A DNA stretch of 64,000 bases from a virus. Below are positions 29,803-40,494 of the stretch, piece by piece (within the stretch, counting starts at the first letter, position 1; each line of letters begins with the position of its first letter). The notes under the pieces were generated by a model, which was given only the letters and a program-made list of their open reading frames with translations, was not told the origin of the DNA and ran no database searches. The stretch lies in IMG/VR virus record IMGVR_UViG_3300029309_000005, positions 32,628-96,627 of that record, one strand, 5' to 3'. Made by a program: the position numbers and the translations under genes.

Positions 29803-30148
29803 TAATCCATTCGTTTTAAGCAATAGCCCAAAAAGACATGAACTAGAAACACCAGTTGGAACGCTGGTTGTTTATGTCAAACCGTTGTCATGGGTAGCAC
29901 AGCAAGAAGCGATGTCACAATTTGTTTCATTCAAGCCGGATTCAAATGGTGAAGTGTCACCAAACATTGATTTAGGTGGCTATTGGAAATATGTTTTAAC
30001 TCAGTGTATCACTAAGACTGAACCTGCTATGTCAAAAGATGATTTGCTTAACTTAACTCCAGAAGTCGGTGCTGTTGTTAGAACAGTATTGCCCGATCTA
30101 AATGACATCATCGGACAGTTTGCTGGTGGTGAAAGCCCTTTGGGTTAA
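29777..30148 (+). CDS. Tail assembly chaperone (lambda gpG-like)
   Basis: Between tube and TMP; ends at slippery sequence CCCTTTGGGT. Confidence 0.7.
   Translation: MRVPTLPNNNPFVLSNSPKRHELETPVGTLVVYVKPLSWVAQQEAMSQFVSFKPDSNGEVSPNIDLGGYWKYVLTQCITKTEPAMSKDDLLNLTPEVGAVVRTVLPDLNDIIGQFAGGESPLG
30136..30145 (+). other. Putative -1 programmed ribosomal frameshift site (C CCT TTG / T TTG GGT)
   Basis: Two overlapping XXXYYYZ heptamers in the correct phase; the -1 frame is open into ORF 30160. Confidence 0.7.
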
Positions 30149-30159
30149 GTTATGAGGAT

Positions 30160-30513
30160 ATGGTAGCATTCTTGGATGAAGATTTGCCCGAAGATGAAAA
30201 GCCAAAACTGAATCCTCAACAAGCCCTTATTTTATCCTATCAAGCAATGACATTTGGTTTAGGAACGCATTTTCATTGCCCTCCCCATTTTTGGGATAAC
30301 ATGCCAGCAGATCGGGTTATGTTAGATTATATGATTATGAGAGCCGCAAATGACAAAAAAGCCGAAATGATTGAGCGTATGAAAAAAGATGCCGAAAGAC
30401 AAATGAAGAAGGGTCAAGGCAATAAAGGCAGACCTATACGCACAACAAGTGATGGAGAAACACTACATGATTTTTTTGAACTTCATAATCAAAAATTAAT
30501 GGGGGATGACTGA
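30160..30513 (+). CDS. Tail assembly chaperone C-terminal part (gpT-like)
   Basis: In the -1 frame relative to the upstream chaperone; FHCPPHFWDNMP resembles gpT-type segments. Confidence 0.65.
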   Translation: MVAFLDEDLPEDEKPKLNPQQALILSYQAMTFGLGTHFHCPPHFWDNMPADRVMLDYMIMRAANDKKAEMIERMKKDAERQMKKGQGNKGRPIRTTSDGETLHDFFELHNQKLMGDD

Positions 30514-31937
30514 TGAGTGAACTTGACAAATTCATCGCATCCCAGGCTAAATTAAACACTCTCGCTAAACAGCAAGGCACAAGCATAAACCTATTGAATC
30601 TGAAATATAAGGTTCTCAATAAAACTCTAGGGCCATTTTACAAGTTGTATGTTGATATTCAAAATGCTGTTGATACTACGAATGACTTATTTGAGAAATT
30701 TACTAAAACTACTGAGGAATTGGGAGAGGTTACTGAAGAAGCACTGACCCCATTTCAGTTATTTCTAAAAACATTTAGACAAATCAATACTTTGATGTTT
30801 TTTGTGTTAGGTGCTTTTACGTTAATTGGTGCAGCCATTTATTTATTGACTCAACAATTTGGAGGGGGGGAGGCTGCCGCTTCTACCTTTGGAATGGTAA
30901 TTGATGCAGGTAAGGCTATTTTAGAGGCTTTTATGGGGGTTGTAAGCGCAATAGGTGAAGCATTAGGCGCAATAGATTTTGAGGCTACAACTGGAATATT
31001 CATTATAATTTTAGAAACTATATTTGGCTTATTAGGAAATATATTGACAATTTACTTTACACTAATTGCAGCAATCTTAAACGGTATTGCTGACATAGTT
31101 ACTCGAATGAATGAAGAAGGTATGCTTCAAAGAGTAGTTGATGCTTTTGGAGTATTCTTTGGCCTTGTTGGTATGGCTTTAGGAATAATCAAAGACGCAT
31201 TTGATGATGTTGGATTTAACATGGATTCCTTAATATCTGGAATAAATATGGTAGTATCAGGATTTGTTGACTTCTTATTTAATAGTGGCATTATCGACTT
31301 TGCAGTTAAAGTGATTGAATATGTAGCAGTAATTGGTGGAGTTATTGCTGTTTTATTCGCAAGTTTTATCTCAATTTTCATAAGAGTGTATGGAACAATT
31401 GCCCCCCCATTAATCCGTTTCGTAGCAGCATTCTTTAATTTCCTTGAGCCAATCATTCGCATCGTTACAGGCATTATTGGCGTTATTTTGGATGCAGTTA
31501 TGGGGTTAATTGGTTTCCTATTGCCATACTTTGAAGATGCGATGGATATTTTGATGTCTATTTTAGAACCAATAATGGATGCAATTTCCTACATCATTGA
31601 TGGTGCTAGTGAGGCTTTGTCTTTTGGTGCTGATTTATTAGGTGGTGCAGCAGACTTCTTTGGCTTCAATCAAGGAGGTATAGCAAGCGGCCCTAAGAGT
31701 GGCTATCCAGTTACTTTACATGGAACTGAAGCGGTGGTTCCTTTACCAGATGGGCGCACTATCCCTGTGTCAATAAAAGGCGACATTGGTAGTAGAGGAT
31801 CACAAACAAATAATATCAACATCAATGTGACTGGCGGTGGAGATTCAAGGGAAATAGCAAGAGCCGTCAGCAATGAGGTCAGTAAGGTTCTTAGAAACCG
31901 TTCAAGAGGCGGTAATTACACTAGAGGGGTGATTTGA
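30513..31937 (+). CDS. Tape measure protein
   Basis: Long amphipathic/hydrophobic helical repeats; C-terminal GGIASGP...LHGTEAVVPL...NININV motif. Confidence 0.85.
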   Translation: MSELDKFIASQAKLNTLAKQQGTSINLLNLKYKVLNKTLGPFYKLYVDIQNAVDTTNDLFEKFTKTTEELGEVTEEALTPFQLFLKTFRQINTLMFFVLGAFTLIGAAIYLLTQQFGGGEAAASTFGMVIDAGKAILEAFMGVVSAIGEALGAIDFEATTGIFIIILETIFGLLGNILTIYFTLIAAILNGIADIVTRMNEEGMLQRVVDAFGVFFGLVGMALGIIKDAFDDVGFNMDSLISGINMVVSGFVDFLFNSGIIDFAVKVIEYVAVIGGVIAVLFASFISIFIRVYGTIAPPLIRFVAAFFNFLEPIIRIVTGIIGVILDAVMGLIGFLLPYFEDAMDILMSILEPIMDAISYIIDGASEALSFGADLLGGAADFFGFNQGGIASGPKSGYPVTLHGTEAVVPLPDGRTIPVSIKGDIGSRGSQTNNININVTGGGDSREIARAVSNEVSKVLRNRSRGGNYTRGVI

Positions 31938-31938
31938 C

Positions 31939-33186
31939 ATGCCAATGATTCAATTGATTAGAAGGGATAGCACGATAATTGAATTAGAAGCAACAAACAT
32001 TGGATTTTCTATCCAAAGAAAAGTTTTAGTTCATACAATACCTTTATTGGCTACACGTGCTGCTTTAGATTTGAATATACCAGAAGTGAGTATTACTATT
32101 GATGGAATAATTACAGACGATGAAGAAGCGACTGGTAGCGCAGCAGCAGAGATGTCACTAGATTTATCACTATCATTTGGTAATGCGGGTGCTACTTCTT
32201 GGTATGCTTCAGTGGGTTCAGCATGGTCAGGAGTAAAAACAGAAATGGACGGGGCTACAATCAAATTACAAACTAAAGGTCAGATTGATGCAAACTTAGG
32301 GGAAGCAATCGAAATAAGATTGAAGAATGGTAGTGCGGGTAATGTAGTCTCCACTGTTAGCATAATTCATGTTGATATATCTTCAACCACAAATACAAGT
32401 GGTGTGGCAACGGCAATAGTAAATGCGTTAAACGCTGCTAACATTAAGGTCAATGCTGCGACAGTAGGCTTCACTACTCAAGCAACGGTATCGACAACAA
32501 CAGGACAGGCTGCGGCAGTTTCCTATCATAATCAAAATGGTTCATCCGGCACATATACTAATGAAATGATTACAATTAAGAATACCAATAATGGTTCATC
32601 TGGTAATGTTTCAACCACTGTGAGAAAAACAGTCACTTCAAGCACTACATCATGGGCAAAGCAATTCTTTGTGACTAATATGGTAGGGGGGGCAGATGGA
32701 GTAAAAATGACTAGAGGGGATAAGTTACAGGACTTGATTAACGCTGTGACAAACCCAAGTGCTGGTGGTGCGTTAATTAGCCCCCAAGTCTTAACAGGTT
32801 CTGCAATAGATTTGCCTGATTCAATCGCATCTTTTGATTCAGCACAGTTCCTAAGAATAGACCAAGCGAAATCTGTAAAGAAGTATATTGTAGGTCTTAG
32901 AATACCATATGAATCAATTGTTACTTCAGCAACTGGTAGCAGAGTCCTAAGACAGTTTTTGATACCAGCAGGGCCAGGAACAGATCATTCGGCAGAATCG
33001 AATACTGAAGATTTCGATCCAGTTGACATAATCAATAATAAACCAGTAAGGCCAAATCCGTATCTTAGACAAGGAGTAGCAATACCAGTAGTGGTTCAAG
33101 CCTTTGATCCTGGTTATGAAGCGGGTGACTCAGTGTGGACTTATCAAATCACTTTATCACCAGTAGAACAGTTGGTGGGATTGTGA
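31939..33186 (+). CDS. Distal-tail-like protein with insertion
   Basis: Directly after the TMP; ITIDGII N-terminus and YEAGDSVWTYQITL C-terminus. Confidence 0.55.
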   Translation: MPMIQLIRRDSTIIELEATNIGFSIQRKVLVHTIPLLATRAALDLNIPEVSITIDGIITDDEEATGSAAAEMSLDLSLSFGNAGATSWYASVGSAWSGVKTEMDGATIKLQTKGQIDANLGEAIEIRLKNGSAGNVVSTVSIIHVDISSTTNTSGVATAIVNALNAANIKVNAATVGFTTQATVSTTTGQAAAVSYHNQNGSSGTYTNEMITIKNTNNGSSGNVSTTVRKTVTSSTTSWAKQFFVTNMVGGADGVKMTRGDKLQDLINAVTNPSAGGALISPQVLTGSAIDLPDSIASFDSAQFLRIDQAKSVKKYIVGLRIPYESIVTSATGSRVLRQFLIPAGPGTDHSAESNTEDFDPVDIINNKPVRPNPYLRQGVAIPVVVQAFDPGYEAGDSVWTYQITLSPVEQLVGL

Positions 33187-33187
33187 A

Positions 33188-35533
33188 ATGGGGTTGCACA
33201 GAGTCAGCAGCAAAGCAATCAGATTGAACGGTTTTACAGACGGTATAGTAGTTCCAACAGGCCAATTCAAAGAATCCGGTGTAAATCTTTTACGACCTAG
33301 TTACGCAGGAACTACAACCACTACAATTAGTCACGCTACTAAAATAGGGAGAAAACATTTCCCTAACGAAAGAAATCCTTTGAATAACATATTGGGTGCA
33401 TTCACTATCAATACATATCTTGTTCCTAATTACGGTGGCACAGTTCTAATAAAACCAGGTTGTTTTGAACTAAAGGTAGGCGACCCGTTCAAAAATGCAC
33501 CCATTGAGTTTTCAATACATTGTATTGGGCGAGTTTTTAGATTAGTCACAGCATTTGATATTAACACATTGAGAGAATCACATTCAGGAACTTATGCTGG
33601 TGGAGAACATTTACCTGATGATATATCAGAGGGCGCACAACCTTTGATGCTAGTTACTGCTCAATTCACTGGAGATGAAATGCGAATATATGTCAATACA
33701 AACTTAGTCGCAGAATTAAATTTGGTTGAACAGAGAATTTTAGACAATGTATCATCTGATATGTTTATTGGCGGCAGAGGCGGGGAGTTTCGAGGTATTA
33801 TTGAGAGTGTTAGAATTGAAAATGGAGAGAATTCTCCAACATTAGATGTTTTAACAGTTACAGATCAAACAATCGGATTATGGGATTTTGAGGATGAAAT
33901 TGAGATACCATCAATCAATTTTTTCAATAATCGTAATGAAGCAGCACCATATCAAGGCAAAGATGGAACTGTTGATTATAGTGGAGAGTTTGAAACTCCT
34001 TTAGTTCTTGTAGCATATGATTTTCAAAATATAAATGACTTAGGTTATTTCAAAGTATATGATGTTCAAACAAATGATGGATTCTCTGCTTTAGAAAAAA
34101 TAGCCTCATTTGCCACTGGTATTCCTTTGGATGACATCAGAAAACAGTCATGGTATAATGGCATATTAAATCTAAACGCATTTACTTATGGCACAAATAT
34201 AGGAACACTTGATTATTTAGCATCAGATAGAATACGACACTCAACTTTGAATGCAATAGTAAATCAATCTGGAACACACCCAATAACTGGATTATCTAAA
34301 TCTGCTAGTGGTCGTCTGATTAATTTGACTACTGGTTCTGATATAGGACTTGCTAACATCGCAGACTTAGATCCTATGGTAAATCCAATTGAGCGAATAA
34401 GAATAGTTTCACTTGATTTTGCTAATGAGCGTATAATTTGTCAATCCGTTCATTTGACAAACGATGCAACAACGGCTGCAACAATAGAAAACCATCCAAA
34501 AGGTCAAGGATTCTTGTATGATCATGCAGATGGCACACCCATTTGGTTAGTATTAGGGAATGCTGATTTAGTGATTGATGCTGGAAATAAAGATACATCA
34601 TCAGCAGTAGCAAACCAAGTTACTAGGCAGAAAGATGCTTTTACTAGAGCGCAATTTACACAAGGCCAGAGGTTTAATGACAAAAGCGGTAACTCAAATA
34701 CGGCATATTTCGTTTCAACTCAAAGTCGAATCACCAGTGATGCTGCGAGTCCACCATCATCCACAGAAGCACCTTTACCTGACCCTCCTACTCTCAACTC
34801 ATTACTAATGTGGTTGCCAGTGAATGCTTTAACAGGTTTATCTGATGGGGCAACAGTGACTCATATTCCAGACCAAAGCGGCAATAAGTTTGGAGTTTAT
34901 ACCGTTGGAACATGGGTCTATGAGGCTCAAAGCCCTTCTTTCAATTCTTTACCAGCGTTAAAGATTTCATCATCTGATGGCGCATTAGTCAATATAGATA
35001 CCACTGATGGTGAATCAGAGCAAATAACTCATAGTCTTAGCACTAATGGTTTTACTGCATTTTTTATGGTTGAAAGACCAGATGGTTTCACCAGTGGAAA
35101 TTATGATTTGATTGGAGAGAATGCAAGCACATCTAAAACATTCTTTGGGCAAACTGCTGCTGCTAATGGTTACTTCTTAACAAATAATGGAGTTACTACA
35201 AATACAACAACTCCCACATTTGACCTTAGACAAGCGGGATTATTGTCACTAACATTTAATCATACAACCACTAATGCTGTAATTCATCATCATACAAAAG
35301 AGGAAACTACATTTGTTGGTAAAGTCGCAGCAAATTATCGCTTTGATAATAATTTATTCGGATTATTCGGTAGGGCTTTAAGCACTAATGCCTCCGCAAA
35401 AACAGGCACAGCAAATAATAAAGCACCGCAAAACTTTAGATTTGCGGAGTTTATACTTTATGACCGTGTTCTAACTGATGCGGAGAGGCTTCAAGTTCAA
35501 GGTTACTTCTTAGACAAATATACGGTGATTTGA
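33188..35533 (+). CDS. Tail-tip protein with LamG/concanavalin-like domains
   Basis: MFIGGRGGEFRGIIESVRI...GLWDF; C-terminal LLMWL...AEFILYDRVLTDAE. Confidence 0.75.
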   Translation: MGLHRVSSKAIRLNGFTDGIVVPTGQFKESGVNLLRPSYAGTTTTTISHATKIGRKHFPNERNPLNNILGAFTINTYLVPNYGGTVLIKPGCFELKVGDPFKNAPIEFSIHCIGRVFRLVTAFDINTLRESHSGTYAGGEHLPDDISEGAQPLMLVTAQFTGDEMRIYVNTNLVAELNLVEQRILDNVSSDMFIGGRGGEFRGIIESVRIENGENSPTLDVLTVTDQTIGLWDFEDEIEIPSINFFNNRNEAAPYQGKDGTVDYSGEFETPLVLVAYDFQNINDLGYFKVYDVQTNDGFSALEKIASFATGIPLDDIRKQSWYNGILNLNAFTYGTNIGTLDYLASDRIRHSTLNAIVNQSGTHPITGLSKSASGRLINLTTGSDIGLANIADLDPMVNPIERIRIVSLDFANERIICQSVHLTNDATTAATIENHPKGQGFLYDHADGTPIWLVLGNADLVIDAGNKDTSSAVANQVTRQKDAFTRAQFTQGQRFNDKSGNSNTAYFVSTQSRITSDAASPPSSTEAPLPDPPTLNSLLMWLPVNALTGLSDGATVTHIPDQSGNKFGVYTVGTWVYEAQSPSFNSLPALKISSSDGALVNIDTTDGESEQITHSLSTNGFTAFFMVERPDGFTSGNYDLIGENASTSKTFFGQTAAANGYFLTNNGVTTNTTTPTFDLRQAGLLSLTFNHTTTNAVIHHHTKEETTFVGKVAANYRFDNNLFGLFGRALSTNASAKTGTANNKAPQNFRFAEFILYDRVLTDAERLQVQGYFLDKYTVI

Positions 35534-38500
35534 TGGCTACTCTCAAGGATTCAAATAATGATGGTCTAGCCGGAATGTCCGGTATGACAGCATACAATAG
35601 AGTTGATGGAGAGTTTTACTTACATCAAATGCCATTGCCAGATGAGCAAGTTGTAAAACAAACTATTCAAGGAGTTGTTGATGAGTTTTTGTATAACAGT
35701 GATGAGTTATCTTTACAATCAATTATGAAGCAAAACGAACCTGTAAAGGTCACAGAGAATGCTTATGTTGGTGAAACTAAAAGTGTGTATAATAAATGTA
35801 AAACTTCTTTTTCAATAGACTCTAGTGGCAATCCATTTAATCGAATCATCATTCAAGGTGGGGCTGGATCGCATGACACTACTTTAGCAACCAACTTATC
35901 GGCATCTGTTCATGATGAGATTGTTGCTATTGGAATTGAAGATGTAAAGCCATTTCTAATTAAAGGACTTGATTTTGACTTTACTGCCGACATTAAAGAT
36001 GGAAAACCTACTAATGACGGTTACATCAAACATCTAACGCCAAGTGATAGACACATGATTGCTTCAATTGAAGCACCAGCGATTCTAACAAGTGCAGGTG
36101 GCCCTAGTAAAATCTTAGTCTATTATAGTGCGATAGATTTAACCGGAGAGGTTGTTGCTGGAACTGGGCTAACGCCTAGCGAAGTGAACGCTAGAATTAG
36201 ACCATATCATGTCGAAAGTAACAAGCCGTATCTAGTTGTTGAAAAAACAGTTCCGTCTGGTTCAACCTTATTCAATATATCAGGAACATTTAGGTCGTTG
36301 TCTGATATTCTTCTAAAGCCATACACTTCAGCACCTGGAACTGCCTCTGATGTGCAAATGGAAATGGTATCACCAGGAGGCATTATTGAAATACCAACGC
36401 AAGATTTCAAACGACCAATAAAATCACATCTATTGAAATCACATGGTTTCGATGGGTCTTTTCCATCCCCCTTTGTCAATATAGAAGATTGTGTATTGAC
36501 TATCAAAAATGGCGGCAGAGGTTATGGCATTCCTAAAAGAATAAACAATACAAACACTCCAGACCCAACTGCTAATCCTTCACATCACATTTTAACAATC
36601 TCATCAAACACTGGTGATAATCTCAAAACTTTTGATGAAGGCAAACGAACACCATCTGCATTAAGGCGTTCAACATTACAAGTATTCAACATATTAGATA
36701 ACCAAATAGACCAAAATCACCATTTTATTTTAGTTGCCCCTGCTAATAAAAATCGCTATGCAGGATTAGAAGATTTTTTATCGTCATCTGAATCAACAGA
36801 CCCTCCTAATGTATCAATAGAAATCGCTTTACTAAACGGGCGAGCAGAAGAATTCAACACTTTGATGGATTCAGATGGGGCAACATTAGAGATTAGAGGC
36901 CGATCTAATCTCATGGATGTTACAGATTCTGAAGTCAAAAGAAACTTAAATCTTGGTGAAACAGTGCCAATCAAAGAAATTGGAGATTTAGGCACACCAT
37001 CAGTATCTATGACTCTTGGGGGAGTCGGTCAAGGCGGTGTTGACGCAAAATCAGAGCGAACAGAGCATAATTCCTTGAGTGGATGGAAAGACAAAGTTGT
37101 AAGTTCAGGAAATGTATCTGTAAGAAACGATAGGCAAACATCGACTGATTATGCTTCTACACGTGCCTTAGTTGAGTTTCCATTATTTGAGTCAATGTTT
37201 TACGATACAAAAGGACTTTATGAGGAAATAGACGGTGTTACAAATGGGGTTCATGCTTTTGGTAAAGAATTTGAGATAGAAATTGATTGCACTATGACAG
37301 CAATGAACAGAGTGCAAATGCAAACCTATGAAGCAAGAAATAGTGTTGATTGGGGGCTGAATCATGGTTATGCTGGAATTCAAGTCAATAATGCTGCTGC
37401 TCTAGGTAAGACTAACCGCCCGTATTCATTTGGATTGAAAGTCATTCATCCAAAAATACAAGCCGTTGTTGAATCTGGATCTGTGTTGATGACTGGTGCA
37501 TCAAACGCATACATACAAGTAGATAGTGTTGAAGCCTTTGTCAATGATACTCTACAAGGCACTGATGGGATTAATCGTGACACATCAACCGGAGTTTTAG
37601 GTCGTAATTTTTATGTCATTATTGGTGAAGGACAAGCAACCGTAACACCAACTGGGCCAACTGGGATGGATAATTCTTTCCAAGATTATCTTATGGCTAG
37701 AGTCCATAAAATAGACACTGTGAATAATAGATTGCATATAGATCAGGCTTTGTTTAGAACGCCAAGATTAGATACAGCAGTTAATTTTTCTGCTTCATCA
37801 CCAGCAGCAGTTACTCACATTGTTAAAGGTATGAGTGTAGTAATGGGGGGTGTCATTGTCAATGATTTATCGACTCATACTGGTTATGGTGGTTCGACCA
37901 TAATGAATGTTGATTGGGGAAATTCTGCTACTTTTGCTAGTCAATTACGAACCGCTTTATCTCTATGTTTAGGCATGAATACCACATTATTGTATCAAGG
38001 CACTGAGGGTGAAATTCGACATAATTTGGGAATGGGCTGTCTTGAATGGGATATATTCAATGAATGGAGTCAGCCAAATAATCGGCAATTGAAAGAACCG
38101 ATTGAATGTAAAAGCATATTGTATGGTTTGAAAGGTATTTCAAAAGATGGCACATCATTGATTGATGTGAAACCTCAAACAATAAATCTTAGAAGAATCG
38201 CATTAAAGGCTGATGGTTTTGAAAGTTGTGTAAATGAGTTTATTCGTAAAATCAACATGGCAGGTCATCCAGACGCACAGGAGATTACTGTATTTGATCC
38301 GTTTGGAACGGGAGGGAAAGAACGTGCGCCCTCCGATGCGTATAATTCACACTTAGGATATGTCAGAGCATTTTTAGGTTCACCAGTGGTATCAAGGACT
38401 GGAGAACAAGGACTATCAGTTGTAATTCATAGCACTGTGCCAGGTGCAGCAGGTCGCAATTTCGCAGTAAAGTTTCACAATAATAGTTATTATCCATATC

Positions 38501-40494
38501 AACCATATCAAGCATTTGGGCATGGAGGATTATTGGCTACAAATAGCAGATCATATCAATTAAACTCATTCCCTGCACCATTACCACTTGGGGCTGATGG
38601 TGAAACATATGCACCCATTACCACATTTACTGGTGCTGTGCATGGGCCATTAACTCATGCAACAGATCAATCAAATACACAAAGAACCTACAATGGAATT
38701 GGGCAACGCATGAAAACACAAACGAAAATAGGTGCAGTTGCCCCTGTTTTCCCTCATACTTCTTATCTTTGGAATGCAGTTCAACAAAGATTTGATTACA
38801 TAATAGTCAAAGCAGATGGTGTTGATCAACTCATGCGTTCAACACATAAATCTGGAGGAATAATTCGAGTAAATGGTAGATTTGCGTCTTATGAAGATTT
38901 TAGGATTGAATATAGTGCAGATGCTTACAATATAGATGAGATGTATTTGATTAATGTCAAGCCTTACAAAGAAGCGGATAAGTTTTCAGAAGGATTCTTT
39001 CAAGCAGGAACGCCAGGCACTGGAGTTGCAGTAAATGATTTAGAAATTGAGTTTATTTATCCAATGATTGATACAGAGGGAATACTATTCTTTGGCGGAG
39101 GTCACACTGGAGTTGTGTTTGATATTAGCGATGGTAGTAAAAACGATTATTCTGATTTTTACAAACACCATTTAGCAAACGGCCCAACTGGTTTCGCAGG
39201 TTTTCAAAACTTAGGTAATTTTGGAACAGCATCTGCAATACTTGACTTTACAGATGTATTAAACGATGACACAGTAAATGATGATACTTTGAGAGGATTT
39301 CATCACCAAACGGTATTTAATGTTAATAATGAGCCAGAGGGTAAATGTGCTTTCTATGCTAGATTATCAAACGGTATCTACGGAAGTGATGAGGATCTTG
39401 CTAGTGGTGCTGCATTGTCTCAAGACAACACAAAATGGAGAGAGGATTTGTATAATCGAAAATTAAGAGTAACTTCAGCAAACGGATTTGGAACACTTGC
39501 TGGCTCTGCGACAAGCGGCACTGAAGTAACTCCAACTGGTTCAGCAATAACAACAAAAATGTGGCATTTCGGAGATGTAGTTGCTTTATTCAATAATAAC
39601 TCTGGCACAGTCGAAGCAGAACACGGAGAGGTCAAAAACTTCAATCCAAGGGGTCAGGCTTGGTGTGTGTCGGCAGTAATTCATGCTGCTGGAACTCCTA
39701 ATTATCCCACAGGGCCAATTTTTCATGGAATATACAATGACGGAGGAACCGCTAGACCATATGGAGTGCATTTAGGTGCATCTGCGCCTTCTGGTAGCCC
39801 TTTGAGATACCCATTATCTTTAGCAATTACAAATCCTAATGAGTTTCCAATAGGTAATCAAGTCCAAGTATCTGTTTTAGCACCAAGCACAGTTACAGGA
39901 GGAACAGTTGTCGCAAATGTTAGCGGCTTTTTGTTTATCATGGCTGGAATAGATGAAACGGGGCTACCTTTCTTGTATATGGGGCATACTAGCGGAATTA
40001 CCAATCCTAATACTGGCGCAGTAGAAGTGGGTATTTTCGACTATACTCCATATATGATTCGAGGTTTTGATGAGCATTATGATGCTGGTAGTGCCTCACC
40101 AAATAAAAAAGCCTTCTTTGATGTTGAAGCCACTGGTTATGCAGGTGGCGACCCCGATCATCCTAATGTTCCTACTGCTTTACAAACCATACGTGATTTA
40201 GACATGGCTACGATAGGGTGTGCTTTGATTGGTGCGCCATTTGTGGATTTCCCGCCTTCTGTTACTACACTATCAGGAATACCTTTAGGAACGCCCATAA
40301 CAGATTATTTTACAGCATTACAAACAGGAAGTCCAACATATGGAGTAACAGGCACTGGTGGTTCTTTTGGTGATGGTAAAAACTCCGCAGGGCCAATTCA
40401 CTTTGCAGGTTCATTATCCGAAGTTGCTTTATGGAAGCGTTTCTTGACATTTGCTGAAGCGCAGACATGGTTTGACGCTAGAAATGTGTGGTGA
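35530..40494 (+). CDS. Giant tail-tip/baseplate protein (1654 aa)
   Basis: Within the tail-tip cluster; LEIRGRS hub-like motif; LamG-like C-terminus FAGSLSEVALWKRFLT. Confidence 0.7.
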   Translation: MMATLKDSNNDGLAGMSGMTAYNRVDGEFYLHQMPLPDEQVVKQTIQGVVDEFLYNSDELSLQSIMKQNEPVKVTENAYVGETKSVYNKCKTSFSIDSSGNPFNRIIIQGGAGSHDTTLATNLSASVHDEIVAIGIEDVKPFLIKGLDFDFTADIKDGKPTNDGYIKHLTPSDRHMIASIEAPAILTSAGGPSKILVYYSAIDLTGEVVAGTGLTPSEVNARIRPYHVESNKPYLVVEKTVPSGSTLFNISGTFRSLSDILLKPYTSAPGTASDVQMEMVSPGGIIEIPTQDFKRPIKSHLLKSHGFDGSFPSPFVNIEDCVLTIKNGGRGYGIPKRINNTNTPDPTANPSHHILTISSNTGDNLKTFDEGKRTPSALRRSTLQVFNILDNQIDQNHHFILVAPANKNRYAGLEDFLSSSESTDPPNVSIEIALLNGRAEEFNTLMDSDGATLEIRGRSNLMDVTDSEVKRNLNLGETVPIKEIGDLGTPSVSMTLGGVGQGGVDAKSERTEHNSLSGWKDKVVSSGNVSVRNDRQTSTDYASTRALVEFPLFESMFYDTKGLYEEIDGVTNGVHAFGKEFEIEIDCTMTAMNRVQMQTYEARNSVDWGLNHGYAGIQVNNAAALGKTNRPYSFGLKVIHPKIQAVVESGSVLMTGASNAYIQVDSVEAFVNDTLQGTDGINRDTSTGVLGRNFYVIIGEGQATVTPTGPTGMDNSFQDYLMARVHKIDTVNNRLHIDQALFRTPRLDTAVNFSASSPAAVTHIVKGMSVVMGGVIVNDLSTHTGYGGSTIMNVDWGNSATFASQLRTALSLCLGMNTTLLYQGTEGEIRHNLGMGCLEWDIFNEWSQPNNRQLKEPIECKSILYGLKGISKDGTSLIDVKPQTINLRRIALKADGFESCVNEFIRKINMAGHPDAQEITVFDPFGTGGKERAPSDAYNSHLGYVRAFLGSPVVSRTGEQGLSVVIHSTVPGAAGRNFAVKFHNNSYYPYQPYQAFGHGGLLATNSRSYQLNSFPAPLPLGADGETYAPITTFTGAVHGPLTHATDQSNTQRTYNGIGQRMKTQTKIGAVAPVFPHTSYLWNAVQQRFDYIIVKADGVDQLMRSTHKSGGIIRVNGRFASYEDFRIEYSADAYNIDEMYLINVKPYKEADKFSEGFFQAGTPGTGVAVNDLEIEFIYPMIDTEGILFFGGGHTGVVFDISDGSKNDYSDFYKHHLANGPTGFAGFQNLGNFGTASAILDFTDVLNDDTVNDDTLRGFHHQTVFNVNNEPEGKCAFYARLSNGIYGSDEDLASGAALSQDNTKWREDLYNRKLRVTSANGFGTLAGSATSGTEVTPTGSAITTKMWHFGDVVALFNNNSGTVEAEHGEVKNFNPRGQAWCVSAVIHAAGTPNYPTGPIFHGIYNDGGTARPYGVHLGASAPSGSPLRYPLSLAITNPNEFPIGNQVQVSVLAPSTVTGGTVVANVSGFLFIMAGIDETGLPFLYMGHTSGITNPNTGAVEVGIFDYTPYMIRGFDEHYDAGSASPNKKAFFDVEATGYAGGDPDHPNVPTALQTIRDLDMATIGCALIGAPFVDFPPSVTTLSGIPLGTPITDYFTALQTGSPTYGVTGTGGSFGDGKNSAGPIHFAGSLSEVALWKRFLTFAEAQTWFDARNVW

